From Nemertoderma westbladi (Eukaryota > Animalia > Xenacoelomorpha), in the NCBI GenBank assembly GCA_032718475.1, contig JAUCBJ010001848.1:30884-94883 (forward strand): DNA of 64,000 bases, read 5' to 3'. Of this stretch, positions 23,701 through 35,899 are shown piece by piece. Made by a program: the position numbers and the translations under genes. The number at the start of each line of letters is the position of its first letter. Within the stretch, counting starts at the first letter, position 1. Under the pieces are notes generated by a model. It was not told where the DNA came from and made no database searches. It worked only from the letters and a program-made list of their open reading frames with translations.

Positions 23701-24317
23701 TAAAATAATGCGGTGAACAGTCAGTATGTGTTACAATAGTAAATAATGCAATGTTCAGTTAGTATGTCGAGTTGAGACAAGTAATAGTCCAGGTGAGTTA
23801 AGTTAATAGATTTACGTTCTTATAATCAAGGCCATCTGATGTTTCCTAGGCCAAAGTCTGAAACTTCTACACAGAAGCACAGAAGATTCCGAGCCGGTTC
23901 TGATGCTAAGAAAAAAAGTAAACAAAGACCGTAATGCATTGCGCGAGTTTCCATAGGCCTCTGTCAGACATAAAGGGAAAATTGCTCTGATTGGCTGAAT
24001 GAGGCAGAACAAAGAAAACTCCACGTCCAGAAAGAATCAGCTGACAGATTTCGTCATCTGGGCTCTAATTCCTTCCCGTCGCGTAGTTGGATAAATTTAG
24101 GGCTATTTTAGAGTATTCTGCGCATTGCGGAAAAATGACTTGTTATGTCCGCAAAAGCTTTTACAACAAGATAGGAGGTAGGCCATCACTGATTTAAACT
24201 AATTAAGACCATACTTAGCTATCTCTTGCCCTACTGAGCCTTTCTAAGGCACCACCAGTCTGGTGAGAGAGGAGAATCGTGATGGTGGAGAAACTATGAA
24301 GGAGTTTATCGTATTCC

Positions 24318-24866
24318 ATGGAGAGGGGCGGATATATGGTCTCGGATGACGTGGAGACAGTTGAGGATGATGGTGGGACAAGAAAGGGGTCAGGAGGGTC
24401 GATTAGAAATATATTGCTGCATTTAGTGGTGGTGAACAGAGATATTTTTCTGTTTGACCTAGCGACCTATGGTAAGAAGATCGGGCCAAAGTTGAACCGC
24501 CTACCAGATGCGATGCAGAAGCTGGTAAGGTCAAAGACTATGATGGAGATTGGATCAGCGATACGCGGCAACGCGGAGAGGATTATTGGACCAGGCACCC
24601 CGTATCTTCTGGACATCCAGGTAGTCTACATGGCTATGACGAAACCTGATGGATTAGGATTAGTGGATAACACGGGACAATACCGAGCCTTGGCAATGGG
24701 TCAGTTGATGGGACTCACGTGCCACAAGCTGATGGAGTGGAACAAGTTCCGAGAGGAATACGGTGCAGGACTTGCTGATTTACTCAAGTGGGGGGCGAGA
24801 CGGGGAGAGACAAGTCATATCACGTACAAAAGGGGGGGGGGGGGGGGGTTAAGACACATCGTGTAG
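24318..24866 (+). pseudogene. Decayed homolog of the BEL1 accessory exonuclease
   Basis: GGYMVSDD, DIFLFDLATYGKK..PKLNRLP, IGSAIR, MAMTKPDGLG and FREEYGA..LKWGAR all match BEL1. Confidence 0.85.
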
Positions 24867-25426
24867 ACGAATATATAATATATGTACTATAGTCAAGTAC
24901 AGCCTTTTTCTAACTAGCTAGTGGAACTGGGGACTAATTGACTATAACAGGAGGACGAGACTTTAGACGGATCACACTTCTTGAGTGCGACGGCATAAAC
25001 GAGAATGTGAGGCCCGACTGAAGTGAGTGGGGATAAAACGGGTTGAGCAAGGGGACCATGGGGAGAAGGTGCTAGAGTTAAGGGAGAAGAGTAAGGGGTG
25101 CGAGGTCCGAGTGTGGGGAGCGAGCATGGAGGGGAATGAGTCCTAAGGGACTGGCGAGAGAGGAAGGGACAACAAAGTCCGAGAGGTTAAATTGTGTGAG
25201 GAGTGAGGACGATTGTCTAAAACAGAGACGCCAGATGCCTTGGCACAGCTTAGCTCGCAGATGAACCAAGGAAGGGTAGTGATAACAGACCCATTGGGGC
25301 CGGACTGGAAATTGACTCCGAGAATAAAATTCCACCCCACACCCAATATTAGATTGGATTCCAGCGGAATTAAAGCGCACTTAAGGTTGATGCTATTTTC
25401 TCACTGGGAAGATAGCATGGGGGGAG

Positions 25427-26049
25427 TGTAAGCGGATTCAATTCCCTGCACTACCCACCGAAAATGGGCTAAGTGGGATTTTACCAATTATAGTTGGCGA
25501 GGTGACATTACCAATAATAATGTCACCTCATAACCGACTCGGGCGATACGCATCGCCAGCCACAGGGAAAGTTGAGTGGTCAAACCATCTCAGAGGGACA
25601 AAGGGGCTAGGAAGGCTAGCACATGGGGACAGTGGCAACAGGGAGTGGCGAGGTGACAATTAATCAAGTTAAGCCAATGATGGGTGGGGAAAACACATTG
25701 GAAGTGATTAGAGCGCATCTATTGGACAGGCCACTCAGTAGAGTAGAGGTGATTAATATGTGTTAATAATATAACCGTTGCACTTATTGATTCTGATTCA
25801 GTTGGTTTCTATACAGTTGTGAGACCGGAACAGTTTTTAACCGTCGTCATTACCGTGCTATTATATTCTGACTGTGCTATTATTATGTTCTTCGATTACA
25901 GCAACTGACAGTAAAAACTCAGTTATTTAAACGGCCTTTGGCTTATTACATATATCCAGACTACAGCTTTAGCAGCCTACGGACGCAGCGATGCGTATAA
26001 CACACACCGGTCAGGATTCATACTGCCAACTCCGTTGGATCCCATCACA
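25427..26049 (+). repeat. BEL3 3' LTR (623 bp)
   Basis: PPT immediately 5'; TGTAAG...ATCACA termini; AATATAA followed by TCAGTT, as in the BEL1 LTR. Confidence 0.78.
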
Positions 26050-26331
26050 ATTGTTACTATAGCAATACCGGTACCATATCGTATTACATCTGATAATATT
26101 TCTGTGATATAAATGTTTAATGTATTTTATTGAGATACCGGAAGTATCCCAGATAATCGGTTTGACCTTTGCAATGTGTACGGTGAAGGGATTGATCTAT
26201 ATTAGATAGTAGGTAAGGCATTGCTAGAGGGGTTTATAGATTAATTGTCGTTTGTTTGATTAAAGTTTGGAGTTAATATTTAATTGTGATTTCCCTGTTT
26301 TAATATTGGCGCAGTGTGATTTACATAAAAC

Positions 26332-26985
26332 ATGAAATTATCAATAACATCCGATTTCGCATGTTGGGAAACAGCATTGAGGGCGGAGATCAACTTGTTA
26401 GTGTTGCAAGGGAAAATCGAGGAGGAAAAAAAGAACGAAGCTTTGCTAATGAAGATACAGATTTCCGTAGAAGACAACATTTTAAAGAAAATGCATATAG
26501 ACGGCCGAACCACAGCAAATTCTTTACTAACAAAACTCAAAGAGGTATGGACACAGTTGGTGGTACCAACCGACGGAGTAAATTCATTAGAGTTTGACAT
26601 AGTGTCAAGGGACGATGTAACCAAATTTGATGACAATTTGAGACTACTCCGCTATAAACGAACGATTTCCGACGATTTAGCTATTAGTATATTCATAAAA
26701 AACATAAAAAATGAAACGTCAAGAAAGATCGTTCTGGTCCAGCAATTCACGTCATGGGATGCGTTGGTGCGTTTCATTATGGACACGGGTATCTCTCTAA
26801 CCAATTATAACCAACATACTTCGCATCTACCAGTATCAGGAGCCGTAAAAACAGGATGCTACAATTGCGGTGTAGCCGGCCACTTTGCTAGACAATGCTT
26901 CAAGCGGTGCAATCGTTGCACCAATCACAATCACTTGCCTAAAGACTGTTTAAAAGGAAAATCAAAAAACGACGCTTCCCAGTAG
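26332..26985 (+). CDS. gag: Gag with CCHC knuckles
   Basis: CYNCGVAGHFARQC and CNRCTNHNHLPKDC. Confidence 0.93.
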   Translation: MKLSITSDFACWETALRAEINLLVLQGKIEEEKKNEALLMKIQISVEDNILKKMHIDGRTTANSLLTKLKEVWTQLVVPTDGVNSLEFDIVSRDDVTKFDDNLRLLRYKRTISDDLAISIFIKNIKNETSRKIVLVQQFTSWDALVRFIMDTGISLTNYNQHTSHLPVSGAVKTGCYNCGVAGHFARQCFKRCNRCTNHNHLPKDCLKGKSKNDASQ

Positions 26986-27006
26986 TGGGGGGTGCAACTA
27001 CTGGGA
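26964..27006 (+). promoter_or_regulatory. -1 programmed ribosomal frameshift signal
   Basis: A_AAA_AAC in the gag frame (26964-26970), 6-nt spacer, 10-bp stem TCCCAGTAGT/ACTACTGGGA; a -1 shift enters the pol frame. Confidence 0.88.
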
Positions 27007-29750
27007 TCATCAACGAACCGATAGCACCATTCATTTACGCAGAAATCGATTTGAATGGTGGAAACCCACGCATAGCTATGTTAGACACCGGATCGGAATT
27101 AAACTTAATGTCAATAAACATGGCTAATGACTTGTCAGTTCCGATTATACCGCATGGTATATATTTTCGTACAGCATCTGGTGATGTTGTTAAATCGAGA
27201 GGTTTTGTTCAGGTTTGGGTGAAGTGGGGAGATATTCGTCAAACATTTGATTTTCATGTACTGGGAGATCCTCCATTTGATTTAATACTTGGCATTAGGG
27301 CCATACGGACCTTCCCCTCAATATTATCTTATCCCATTGTGGCGATGACTGCGACTACGACTACCGATACAGCTCTTTCAAAGGAATACTTTTTTAAACT
27401 TTTCCGTTGGCCATCATCATGGTCATCCGATAATACAAAACGTCTCCACGACTTGATCTGGGAATTTCAGGATATATTTAGTCGATCGAAATTCGATGTT
27501 GGAAGAATGAAATCATTCACCCATCACATAGAAACGTCTGGTCCTCCTATTTTCAGAAGACAATACAAAAACGCATACACAGAACGAGAAAATGTACACA
27601 AGATAATCACGGAGATGCATGAAAATAACATTATCTCTCCTGCTTCTTCGCCATGGAATTCGCCATATTTGTTGGTAGATAAACCTGACCACTCAAAACG
27701 ATTTTGTGTTGATTTTAGACCTCTAAACAAAGTCACTCAGGACAATAAATTCCCCATGCCAGTAATAGATGAACTTTTAGATAGACTTCAAGGAAAGAAA
27801 ATTTTTTCGATGTTAGACATGACGGCCGGTTATTGGCAAGTACCCTTATCTGAGGAAAGTAAACCGAAGACGGCTTTCCAAGCGGATCATAGACAGTGGC
27901 AATTCAATGTGTTAGCAATGGGATTGAAAAATGCGGCCCCAGAATTCCAACGAGACATGCAAACTGTATTAAGAGGTCTCAACACGTTTCCTTACCAGGA
28001 CGACATCATCAACGCTACTGAGACTGAAGAAGAACATCTAGAGAGCCTACAGAAAATTTTCGTACGATTACGAAATGAAGGAATTAAATTAAAACCATCA
28101 AAATGCGCATTTGGTCTAACTGAGATATCGTATTTGGGTTTTATAATTCAAGATGGACAAGTCAAACCTGATCCTGATAAAATAAAGTGTATACAAGAAT
28201 TTCCTACGCCAACCAATGGAAAGGAATTACAGTCATTTCTTGGACTCATTAACTTTTATTCAAGGTTCGCTAAGAGATTAGCTACATACGCGGCTCCCTT
28301 ATATGAGTTGACAACAAAATCAAAAAATAAATTCAAATGGTTACCCGAACATTCCGAAGTCTTTGATAAAGTAAAAAATTTATTCTCTGAAGCAGTATCA
28401 TTATACATTCCCGATTTATCACAAGCTTTCATAGTCAGAACCGACGCAAGCGATAGGGCTGTTGGAGCTGTGTTGAGTCAAATAATTAATTCTGAAGAAG
28501 TCCCAGTGCATTTCGCAAGTCGAACCCTACGCGGATCGGAACTTAACTGGTCAACTACTGATAAAGAATTTTTTAGTTTACATTGGGCAATCAGAAAATT
28601 TGAAATGTACTTAAAGGGAAATGAAGTAACAGTTTACACTGACCACAAACCATTAATTGGACTGATAGACAAGAGAGCTGGAAACAATCAACGACAAAGA
28701 CGATGGCTAGATTATATACAGGACTTTAAATTAAATATTAACTATATACGTGGAGTTGAAAACGTTGTGGCAGACACTTTGTCTCGCTTGCCATTAGACT
28801 CAACGTTCCCAAATGTAAAGGCCGCTCCATTCGTACCAAACGCCGTTTGTGCTCTCAAGGCGTTATCTGACAAAGATTCCGAGATAGTAGCAAGGCAATA
28901 CCATGATGCGGGACATTACTCTATAAACAAAACTCGTGCGGCAATTTTAAATGACGGCCTATGGTTCCCAAAAATGAGATCCACACTACGATCAATTCAA
29001 GATGATTGTATAGAGTGTCGCACAAAGAAGTCGTACACAAAAAATCCCCCAAAAGGAGAACTACCAAACCTAAAAACTTGTGCTATTGGGGAGATTGTCT
29101 CTATTGACATTGTTGGACCCTTACCAACAACAAGATTAGGATTTCGTTACATCTTGTCGATGATAGATATGGCGTCACGTTACCTGGAAGCGGTACCAAT
29201 GAAAATGGTTACAGCGCAAATAACTGCAGACGCTTTTCAGAAAGGATGGGTATTTAGACATGGTCCTCCACGACGAATCCACACCGACAACGGTTCCCAA
29301 TTTCGTTCTGCGTTGTTTAATAATATTCTGGAAACTGCCTTTTGCAATTATGAAATTGATCATACATATTCATCGCCGTACTATCCTCAAGGCAATGGAG
29401 TTATTGAAAGAATACACCGTACTTTAAAAGATCGCATTCGATGCATGTCTGGGGATTGGCAATCGAACTTATCGGAAGCTGTTTATAATATAAATCGCCA
29501 TGTTCACGATGGTATTGAGTGTTCGCCGTTTTTCGCACTCTATGGGTATAATGTCCCACCAGCCACTTACCCAGCAATGCTTAAAGAAAACCCATCCATC
29601 ATGCAATCGTTAGCTCCTCCTATCCCACCACCACAAAGATCAACGTTTGGCCCCAAATTTCACCCACCTCAACGAGTTGTAGCAAAATTATCTCCGCAGG
29701 TTGTTCGCCTAGATCAATATGGAACTGTGAATATAAGAAAATGTACTTAG
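26985..29750 (+). CDS. pol: Pol (PR-RT-RNase H-IN), Gypsy order
   Basis: LDTGS, RFCVDFR, YQDD, TDAS, TDHKPL, IDIVGP, TDNGSQF, GNGVIER. Confidence 0.97.
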   Translation: MGGATTGIINEPIAPFIYAEIDLNGGNPRIAMLDTGSELNLMSINMANDLSVPIIPHGIYFRTASGDVVKSRGFVQVWVKWGDIRQTFDFHVLGDPPFDLILGIRAIRTFPSILSYPIVAMTATTTTDTALSKEYFFKLFRWPSSWSSDNTKRLHDLIWEFQDIFSRSKFDVGRMKSFTHHIETSGPPIFRRQYKNAYTERENVHKIITEMHENNIISPASSPWNSPYLLVDKPDHSKRFCVDFRPLNKVTQDNKFPMPVIDELLDRLQGKKIFSMLDMTAGYWQVPLSEESKPKTAFQADHRQWQFNVLAMGLKNAAPEFQRDMQTVLRGLNTFPYQDDIINATETEEEHLESLQKIFVRLRNEGIKLKPSKCAFGLTEISYLGFIIQDGQVKPDPDKIKCIQEFPTPTNGKELQSFLGLINFYSRFAKRLATYAAPLYELTTKSKNKFKWLPEHSEVFDKVKNLFSEAVSLYIPDLSQAFIVRTDASDRAVGAVLSQIINSEEVPVHFASRTLRGSELNWSTTDKEFFSLHWAIRKFEMYLKGNEVTVYTDHKPLIGLIDKRAGNNQRQRRWLDYIQDFKLNINYIRGVENVVADTLSRLPLDSTFPNVKAAPFVPNAVCALKALSDKDSEIVARQYHDAGHYSINKTRAAILNDGLWFPKMRSTLRSIQDDCIECRTKKSYTKNPPKGELPNLKTCAIGEIVSIDIVGPLPTTRLGFRYILSMIDMASRYLEAVPMKMVTAQITADAFQKGWVFRHGPPRRIHTDNGSQFRSALFNNILETAFCNYEIDHTYSSPYYPQGNGVIERIHRTLKDRIRCMSGDWQSNLSEAVYNINRHVHDGIECSPFFALYGYNVPPATYPAMLKENPSIMQSLAPPIPPPQRSTFGPKFHPPQRVVAKLSPQVVRLDQYGTVNIRKCT

Positions 29751-30109
29751 TTCAATATTATTGACTCCATTTAGCGCGATTCTAATTTAGATTCATATTT
29801 TTGATGTTGTTGAATTTTGTAAGGGGGATATGTGATATAAATGTTTAATGTATTTTATTGAGATACCGGAAGTATCCCAGATAATCGGTTTGACCTTTGC
29901 TATGTGTACGGTGAAGGGATTGATCTATATTAGATAGTAGGTAAGGCATTGCTAGAGGGGTTTATAGATTAATTGTCGTTTGTTTGATTAAAGTTTGGAG
30001 TTAATATTTAATTGTGATTTCCCTGTTTTAATAATTTCATATTATAGAAACAATGAATATAATAATGAATAAACGCATTTTTATTTAAAATTTAATTGAC
30101 TTACTTTAA

Positions 30110-30555
30110 AGGCCCATTTCCGCACTGCTTTTTTATGTGAGGTAATCTGAGCTTTTTTTTGAGCTGTTTCTCTAGCTTGTTTTGCAGATAGGGGGTGGGG
30201 GGGTGGGGAGTGGACGCAATTAATATTCATCCCTCTCCAGGGGAAATTCGACACAAATAACATTTGATTACTCTCAAAAATAAAACTGTAACCTGTTCTA
30301 TTGTGTTTAGTTTATTATTTTGGTTAACGTTAACGTTTTTGTTAACGTGCTACTGTAACCTGTGTTAAAATATTAATGTTCTGGAATTATATAATTATGA
30401 TATTTGACCCAGTGTTTTTTTGAGCTTTATTCTATATTTTAGGTTTTATTATTCCAAAATTATCAGATTCGTCTTGAAGCGATGAATTTCTAGAAATTGT
30501 TTTTACTAAAAATGATCGAAATTAAGCTCAAAAGAAGCAGCGCGGAAACGGGCCT
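30110..30555. mobile_element. Harbinger/Tourist-like MITE
   Basis: TIR AGGCCCATTTCCGC/GCGGAAACGGGCCT; internal sequence shared with 48342-49115. Confidence 0.65.
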
Positions 30556-30903
30556 TATAGAATAACTTCAAACCAAAATCATTAAAAATAACACAATATA
30601 TAATGATAATCAATAAAACAATTATACCGAGTATTATTTTGAATATATTTAGAACACATTAATATACAAAAATGATAATCTCTACTTGGCCTAGGCCTAC
30701 TACCAATGCTAAAACACACTAAAATTCAATACAATAAATATGGGCAATTCCAGTGTCGGACGATCGCAGACAATGAATGAATGAATTGAAGTAGAAGCTT
30801 AAGTAACCAATAATTACAAATTATATTTACTTATTTATCAAGCACGTAAATATATTCATATATATTTGATAAATTCACAAATGGAGACGGAACTGTGGTT
30901 TCG

Positions 30904-31852
30904 TCGCGTTACGGCTAATTTTTTGGGAGATTAGCCGTAACGCGACTTTCAAAGTCGCGGTACGGCTACTCTAAAAGTCGCGTTACGGCTAATTGTCGCG
31001 TTACGGCTAATCTATTGTCTTTCTTGGTTTTACATAGGAAATCATTATCAATATTATTCTATGGTGTTTACGTACAGATGAGGTCCGAAAAATGTAATGT
31101 AATAATGTTTTACAGCATGGGAGTTTCGGAGGGGGGAGGGGGGGGGGGATTTTACCATCTTTCATACTGTATGTTCTTCGACAACCTCACATTCAATATA
31201 ATATTGTATTCCATGGTATTCTTAGTCACAATTCCCCGTTGAAAGTCCAGTTGCATTGGGAGAGGGTGGTGATCTCGACTGTCCATGTTGGTGTGTAGAG
31301 AATCACCCCTTCGCGGCCGAACCATTTCTTCCCAACCCACCACTGAACCACCCCTTCGTGACCGAACCATTACAACCCACCCCACCACCGCACCAAATGC
31401 CATACGCGGGCGCGATGACTGGCTATTTCAAGAGCTTTAGTTTTAGATACTTTTGATTTGATTATTATAATGATAAAGTCAAAGCGCAATATTTCGGCAA
31501 AATACTGATATACTTTCGACCAATATACTTATGGTACTGTGTACTGTGGTACTCAATACAACAAAAATAATACAATAATTAATAAATTAAGTTTTTTTAG
31601 TTAACCCCTCCCCCCACCCTGGAAACTCCCATGCTGTAAAACATTATTACATTACATTTTTCGAACCTTTATCATCTGTACATAAACACCATATAATAAT
31701 ATTGATAAGGATGCCCTATGTAAAAACCAAGACAATACGTAGATTAGCCGTAACCCGACAATTAGCCGTTACGCGACTTTTTGAGTAGCTATACCGCGAC
31801 TTTCAAAGTCGCGTTAGGGCTCTCTGAAAATTAGCCGTAACGCGACTTTCCG
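30904..31852. mobile_element. MITE with ~240-bp inverted arms and repeated GTCGCGTTACGGCTAA motif
   Basis: 30904-31140 is the reverse complement of ~31610-31846. Confidence 0.75.
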
Positions 31853-32260
31853 TAATGCAAATTAATATATATATGCAAATTAATGTATATATGCAAATTA
31901 ATGTATATGCGAAGTAATGTATATGCGAAGTAATGCAGTGGTCGTAGCGTCATTGGATCAGTTTCATGGCAGTCCTCATGTCCTCCTATTAAAGAACAGT
32001 TTGTGAAAGTGTGATTGTGAACACAAATGATAAATTGAGAAATTATAAATGAGTAAGATTTAAATATTGACAAATTGATCTCAAACCGCAATTAAATATT
32101 ACAAACGGATATCGAAGAAGCAAAATGGTACTGGTAGATACTGCTAATAAATGAAATATACTTATCATGCCCTATATTTTTTCTCATTTGCCGTTTATTT
32201 ATGTAGGCCTACAGTAACTGTAACACGGTCCAATGTACAACCTAATGTAGTACCGGTGTC

Positions 32261-35098
32261 CTAGGCGAATCTGCAGTTTTCCCCGCAGTTGTGAAAGTGT
32301 TTGCTACACCTTAAATATCTATAACGTTCATTGAGTATTTGGTTTCTGTGGAGATTAATTCGGTGTCTGAAGTCCATGGTCTGACCAATATAAGTTTCGG
32401 GACAGTTCTGACAATACATGACGTATACAACATTGGTGCTTCTGCAGGAAAGTTCGTGCTTAATTTTAAAAGTTTCCCCATTCTGCATAGTCAGGCTATC
32501 TCCCTCGACTAAAATGTCGCAAATGTCACAAAGTGAGTGTTTGCACTTAGTAATGCCAGGTGTAATCACTTTCTTTTGGCGGCCCAAAATGCTTTTTAGT
32601 GAAGGAGGTTGTCTAAACGCACAGATTAGTCTTTTATTTTTCAAATTGTTCCCGATTCTCCCATTCCCCACAGATAGTAAGTTGTAGGCCGGTTTTATAA
32701 TGTTATGAAACGGAATAATAACATTTGGATTATATGTAGTAATGAAAGGGACAATGTCATGGCTGTTCTTTTTCTTTTTGAATCGAAGTTCAGTTGAGGA
32801 CGTTTTTCGAATCTCTACAATCGCGCGATTAATCAGATCAACTGGGTAGTGTCTTTTTCTCAGGTCTTCTTTTAGCTCTGAAAATCGGGTTTCTCTTATC
32901 ACCTTGCCGTCAACAATCATTCCAATTCGTCTGGCTAGACAGTATGGAATGTTCCGTAGAGTATTCTTATTGTGGGATGATCTATAATCAACATAGTTTC
33001 TAGCATCAGTTGGTTTGTGATATACTGTATATCGAGTGTTAATAAACCGTTTGTATTCATTACTAAAACATCTAGAAACGGTAACTTATCTGAGCTGTAT
33101 TCGATTGTGAATTTCAGACAGGGAGTAATTGAGTTCAGGATATCTTTGAGTTCTTCGATTGTTATAATGCCATCTAGCGGCCATATAGTGAAGCAATCAT
33201 CCAGGAAACGGCCCCAGTTATCTCGAAAATATTCCGCTGTCTGAGATCCGTATTTATTCATTATGATTTTCTCAATTTTATCTTCTAATTCGGCAAGTGT
33301 TAGGTTAGCATAGGGGACTGCACATTTGGTACCCATGGCGGTGCCCTTCTTCTGACGGTGATACGATTTAGCACCTGTTACAGTTGAAGTAAAAGTAAAA
33401 AAATTGTTTTTCAGAACAATTTCTAGGCCATCGATAATAAATTCTTTGGTAAAGCGGTCTGGAAGTAACTCTCGTTTTCTGTCCACCCAATTTGACACTG
33501 CTTCGAGACCGACAGAATGTTCAATTGAAGTGTAGAGTGACGTCACATCAAAACTAACCATCATATCGTTTTTTCCAATTCTTTCAGGTAGTTTTTCGAT
33601 AAAGTGATGGGTATCCTTAATGTAATTGTGAGTTTCTCTAACTATGGGTTGTAAAATGTGTTCAAGTAGTTCCGATAATCGTGAGGTGGGGGAATTAACA
33701 TTGGCTATGATGGGCCTTGAGCTCAAGTCCTCTGGTATAGGCATTTCTAGATAACCACCAACACTAGTCTGTATATTGTTGCATATCACTTTGGATTTGT
33801 GAACTTTGGGAGGCACATAAATATAACTGGATGTCGGTTTGTGATATTTGAGATATTCATATTCGGCTTTAGTGACGTTGGATTTATGGTTCTCAGCAAA
33901 TTTTCCTATCTTTGAACTAGTTATGCGATCGTAGTTTTTGTGCATTTTTTTCATAAGCTTTTTCATCATTGAGATGCTTTTGAACAAGTTTATCATAATC
34001 TTTTGTGTCCAGCAGAACTATCGCACCACCTTTATCGGCCTGACATATCTTAATATCAGAATTGTTTTTTAATGATTCTAAGGCAGTTTGTTCATCCTTT
34101 GAAATGTTACTAATTTTCTTTGTGGGTTTACTTGGTTTAGTTTCTTTTATTATGTCGTAAAACCGATCCAATGACTTACTGAGTCCCCGACTTATATATC
34201 CTGGTTTTGTCTTCGTCACCAAGGGTTTAACATTGTCATTTGGGCTATTCTCTATATTGGGGCTATAATTGGCACGTTTGGTGAGATTTTTGGCGAAATT
34301 GTCAATGTCAATTTTTGATTCAATTAAGTTGGCTTTTGGAGTTGGTGTAAATTTCAACCCCAATTTAAGAAGAGATTTTTCAGCAGATTTAAAGTATAGC
34401 TGGACAAGTTTAGAATATCAACTCTATTATTGTCATTCGATTCTAGTCATTGATTGCTTGTAGCTGGTTTTGCGCGTGTAGGGCCCGAATTAGAGTCCGT
34501 TCTGGAATTAGGTGGTGCAGGCCAACGAAATCCATTTCCTGATGTTGTTGGTCTTCCCCCGTTAGATTGTTGACGAAACAATGTCGTCCGACTTACTGAT
34601 CGGGTGTTTGTTCTACTGTTATAGTTATACTCACGGCGTGGCTGGCGTCCTCGCTCTTGGTACTGTCGTCTTTGATTAGAGACATTTCGACCATATGGTT
34701 GGGGTGGTTGGCGTCCTCGCTCTTGATGCTGTTTTCTAGTATAAGTGACATCTCGACCGTATGGTTGGGGTGGCTGGCGTCCTCGCTCTTGTTGCTGTTG
34801 TCTTTGATTAGAGACATCTCGACCTTTACTGATGTTATCACTATGCGGTTGGCGTACTCGTTCCAGGGGTTGATATCTTTGCTTTGAAATATCTCGAGAT
34901 CCGCCCTTAGGTTTGTTGCTTGACACTTCTTGGTTAGTAGGTATTTCAAGGACGTCATCATCAAGTGATGCAAATTGATTTGAAACTTCAATGCTATTTT
35001 GTTGGTTCTTTGTAGGTTGGCTACGATTGGGTTGATGATTGTTATTGTTAAGTTTCCGGTTGCGGATAAAAATGAATTCTGGATTCTGGATCTGAATT
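32261..35098 (-). pseudogene. Penelope ORF split into 34447-35098, 33917-34363, 32935-33996 and 32261-32920
   Basis: Consecutive PLE domains in changing frames. Confidence 0.88.
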
Positions 35099-35600
35099 CT
35101 ATGCAGAATGGGGAAACTTTTAAAATTAAGCACGAACTTTCCTGCAGAAGCACCAATGTTGTATACGTCATGTATTGTCAGAACTGTCCCGAAACTTATA
35201 TTGGTCAGACCATGGACTTCAGACACCGAATTAATCTCCACAGAAACCAAATACTCAATGAACGTTATAGACATTTAAGGTGTAGCAAACACTTTCACAA
35301 CTGCGGGGAAAACCAATTTAAAGTGGTCCCATTCTTCTGTTGTCGACATGAAAACTTATTAGAAGGCTACGAACAACATTTCATTGATAAATACCAACCT
35401 TCTTTGAACAGCCAACAATAGAACTAAGAACCAATTGTTGTAAAGTGGGCCCAGATTCTGTCGATCTCATAAACTATATAAACCTTATTGAGTTTCCAAT
35501 AATGTTACTTTATTATTTTTGAAAACCAGACGTTCTGAAGATTTTGAAATGCATTAACGTTTTTAATATCTGGTTTACTTATTTATTTGTTTTTAATTAC
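32277..35600 (-). mobile_element. Penelope-like retroelement (RT + GIY-YIG) with inverted pLTR, frameshifted
   Basis: ADKGGAIV, SFDVTSLYT, GTAMGT, FLDDCF, NVVYVMYC..C..TYIGQT; 35099-35312 is an inverted copy of 32277-32490. Confidence 0.93.
35523..35576 (+). ncRNA. Minimal type I hammerhead ribozyme motif in the Penelope pLTR
   Basis: CGTT-CTGAAGA-TTTT-GAAA-TGCA-TT-AACG with distal AAACCAGA/TCTGGTTT pairing; stem II essentially absent. Confidence 0.62.
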
Positions 35601-35899
35601 TTTTAAAAATTTAATGTTTAATGATCATAATTATATTGCCATGTAAATTTTGAATTTTTTAACTATTTAAACCGGAATATAGCCTATTCTAACTCATTTA
35701 AACCTTTTAAACCTATATAGCTACTATATAGCTATAGCTATATAGACATACTGTAGCTATAGCTACAGTATAGCATATATCTGGCTGGGTGTCTATTCGC
35801 TGATTCTAAAATATTCCAAACTCTCATTTATTGTTTTGGTTCCATTCAACTCGCCTCTGTAACCTGCTCCTTTATTAACCTGCCTGGTTTTGGAGGCAG

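Larger units (their letters stand above)
24170..26049 (+). mobile_element. BEL3 relic of the BEL1 family: decayed exonuclease gene plus 3' LTR
   Basis: Leader TAAGGCACCACC...GGTGAG shared with BEL1; ORF 24318-24866 aligns with the BEL1 accessory ORF; PPT GGGGGGAG then LTR. Confidence 0.8.
26103..30033 (+). mobile_element. Compact intact Ty3/Gypsy LTR retrotransposon (3931 bp)
   Basis: 203-bp LTRs at 26103-26305 and 29831-30033 with one mismatch seen; 5-bp TSD ATTTC; PBS TGGCGCAG; PPT AAGGGGGA. Confidence 0.97.
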
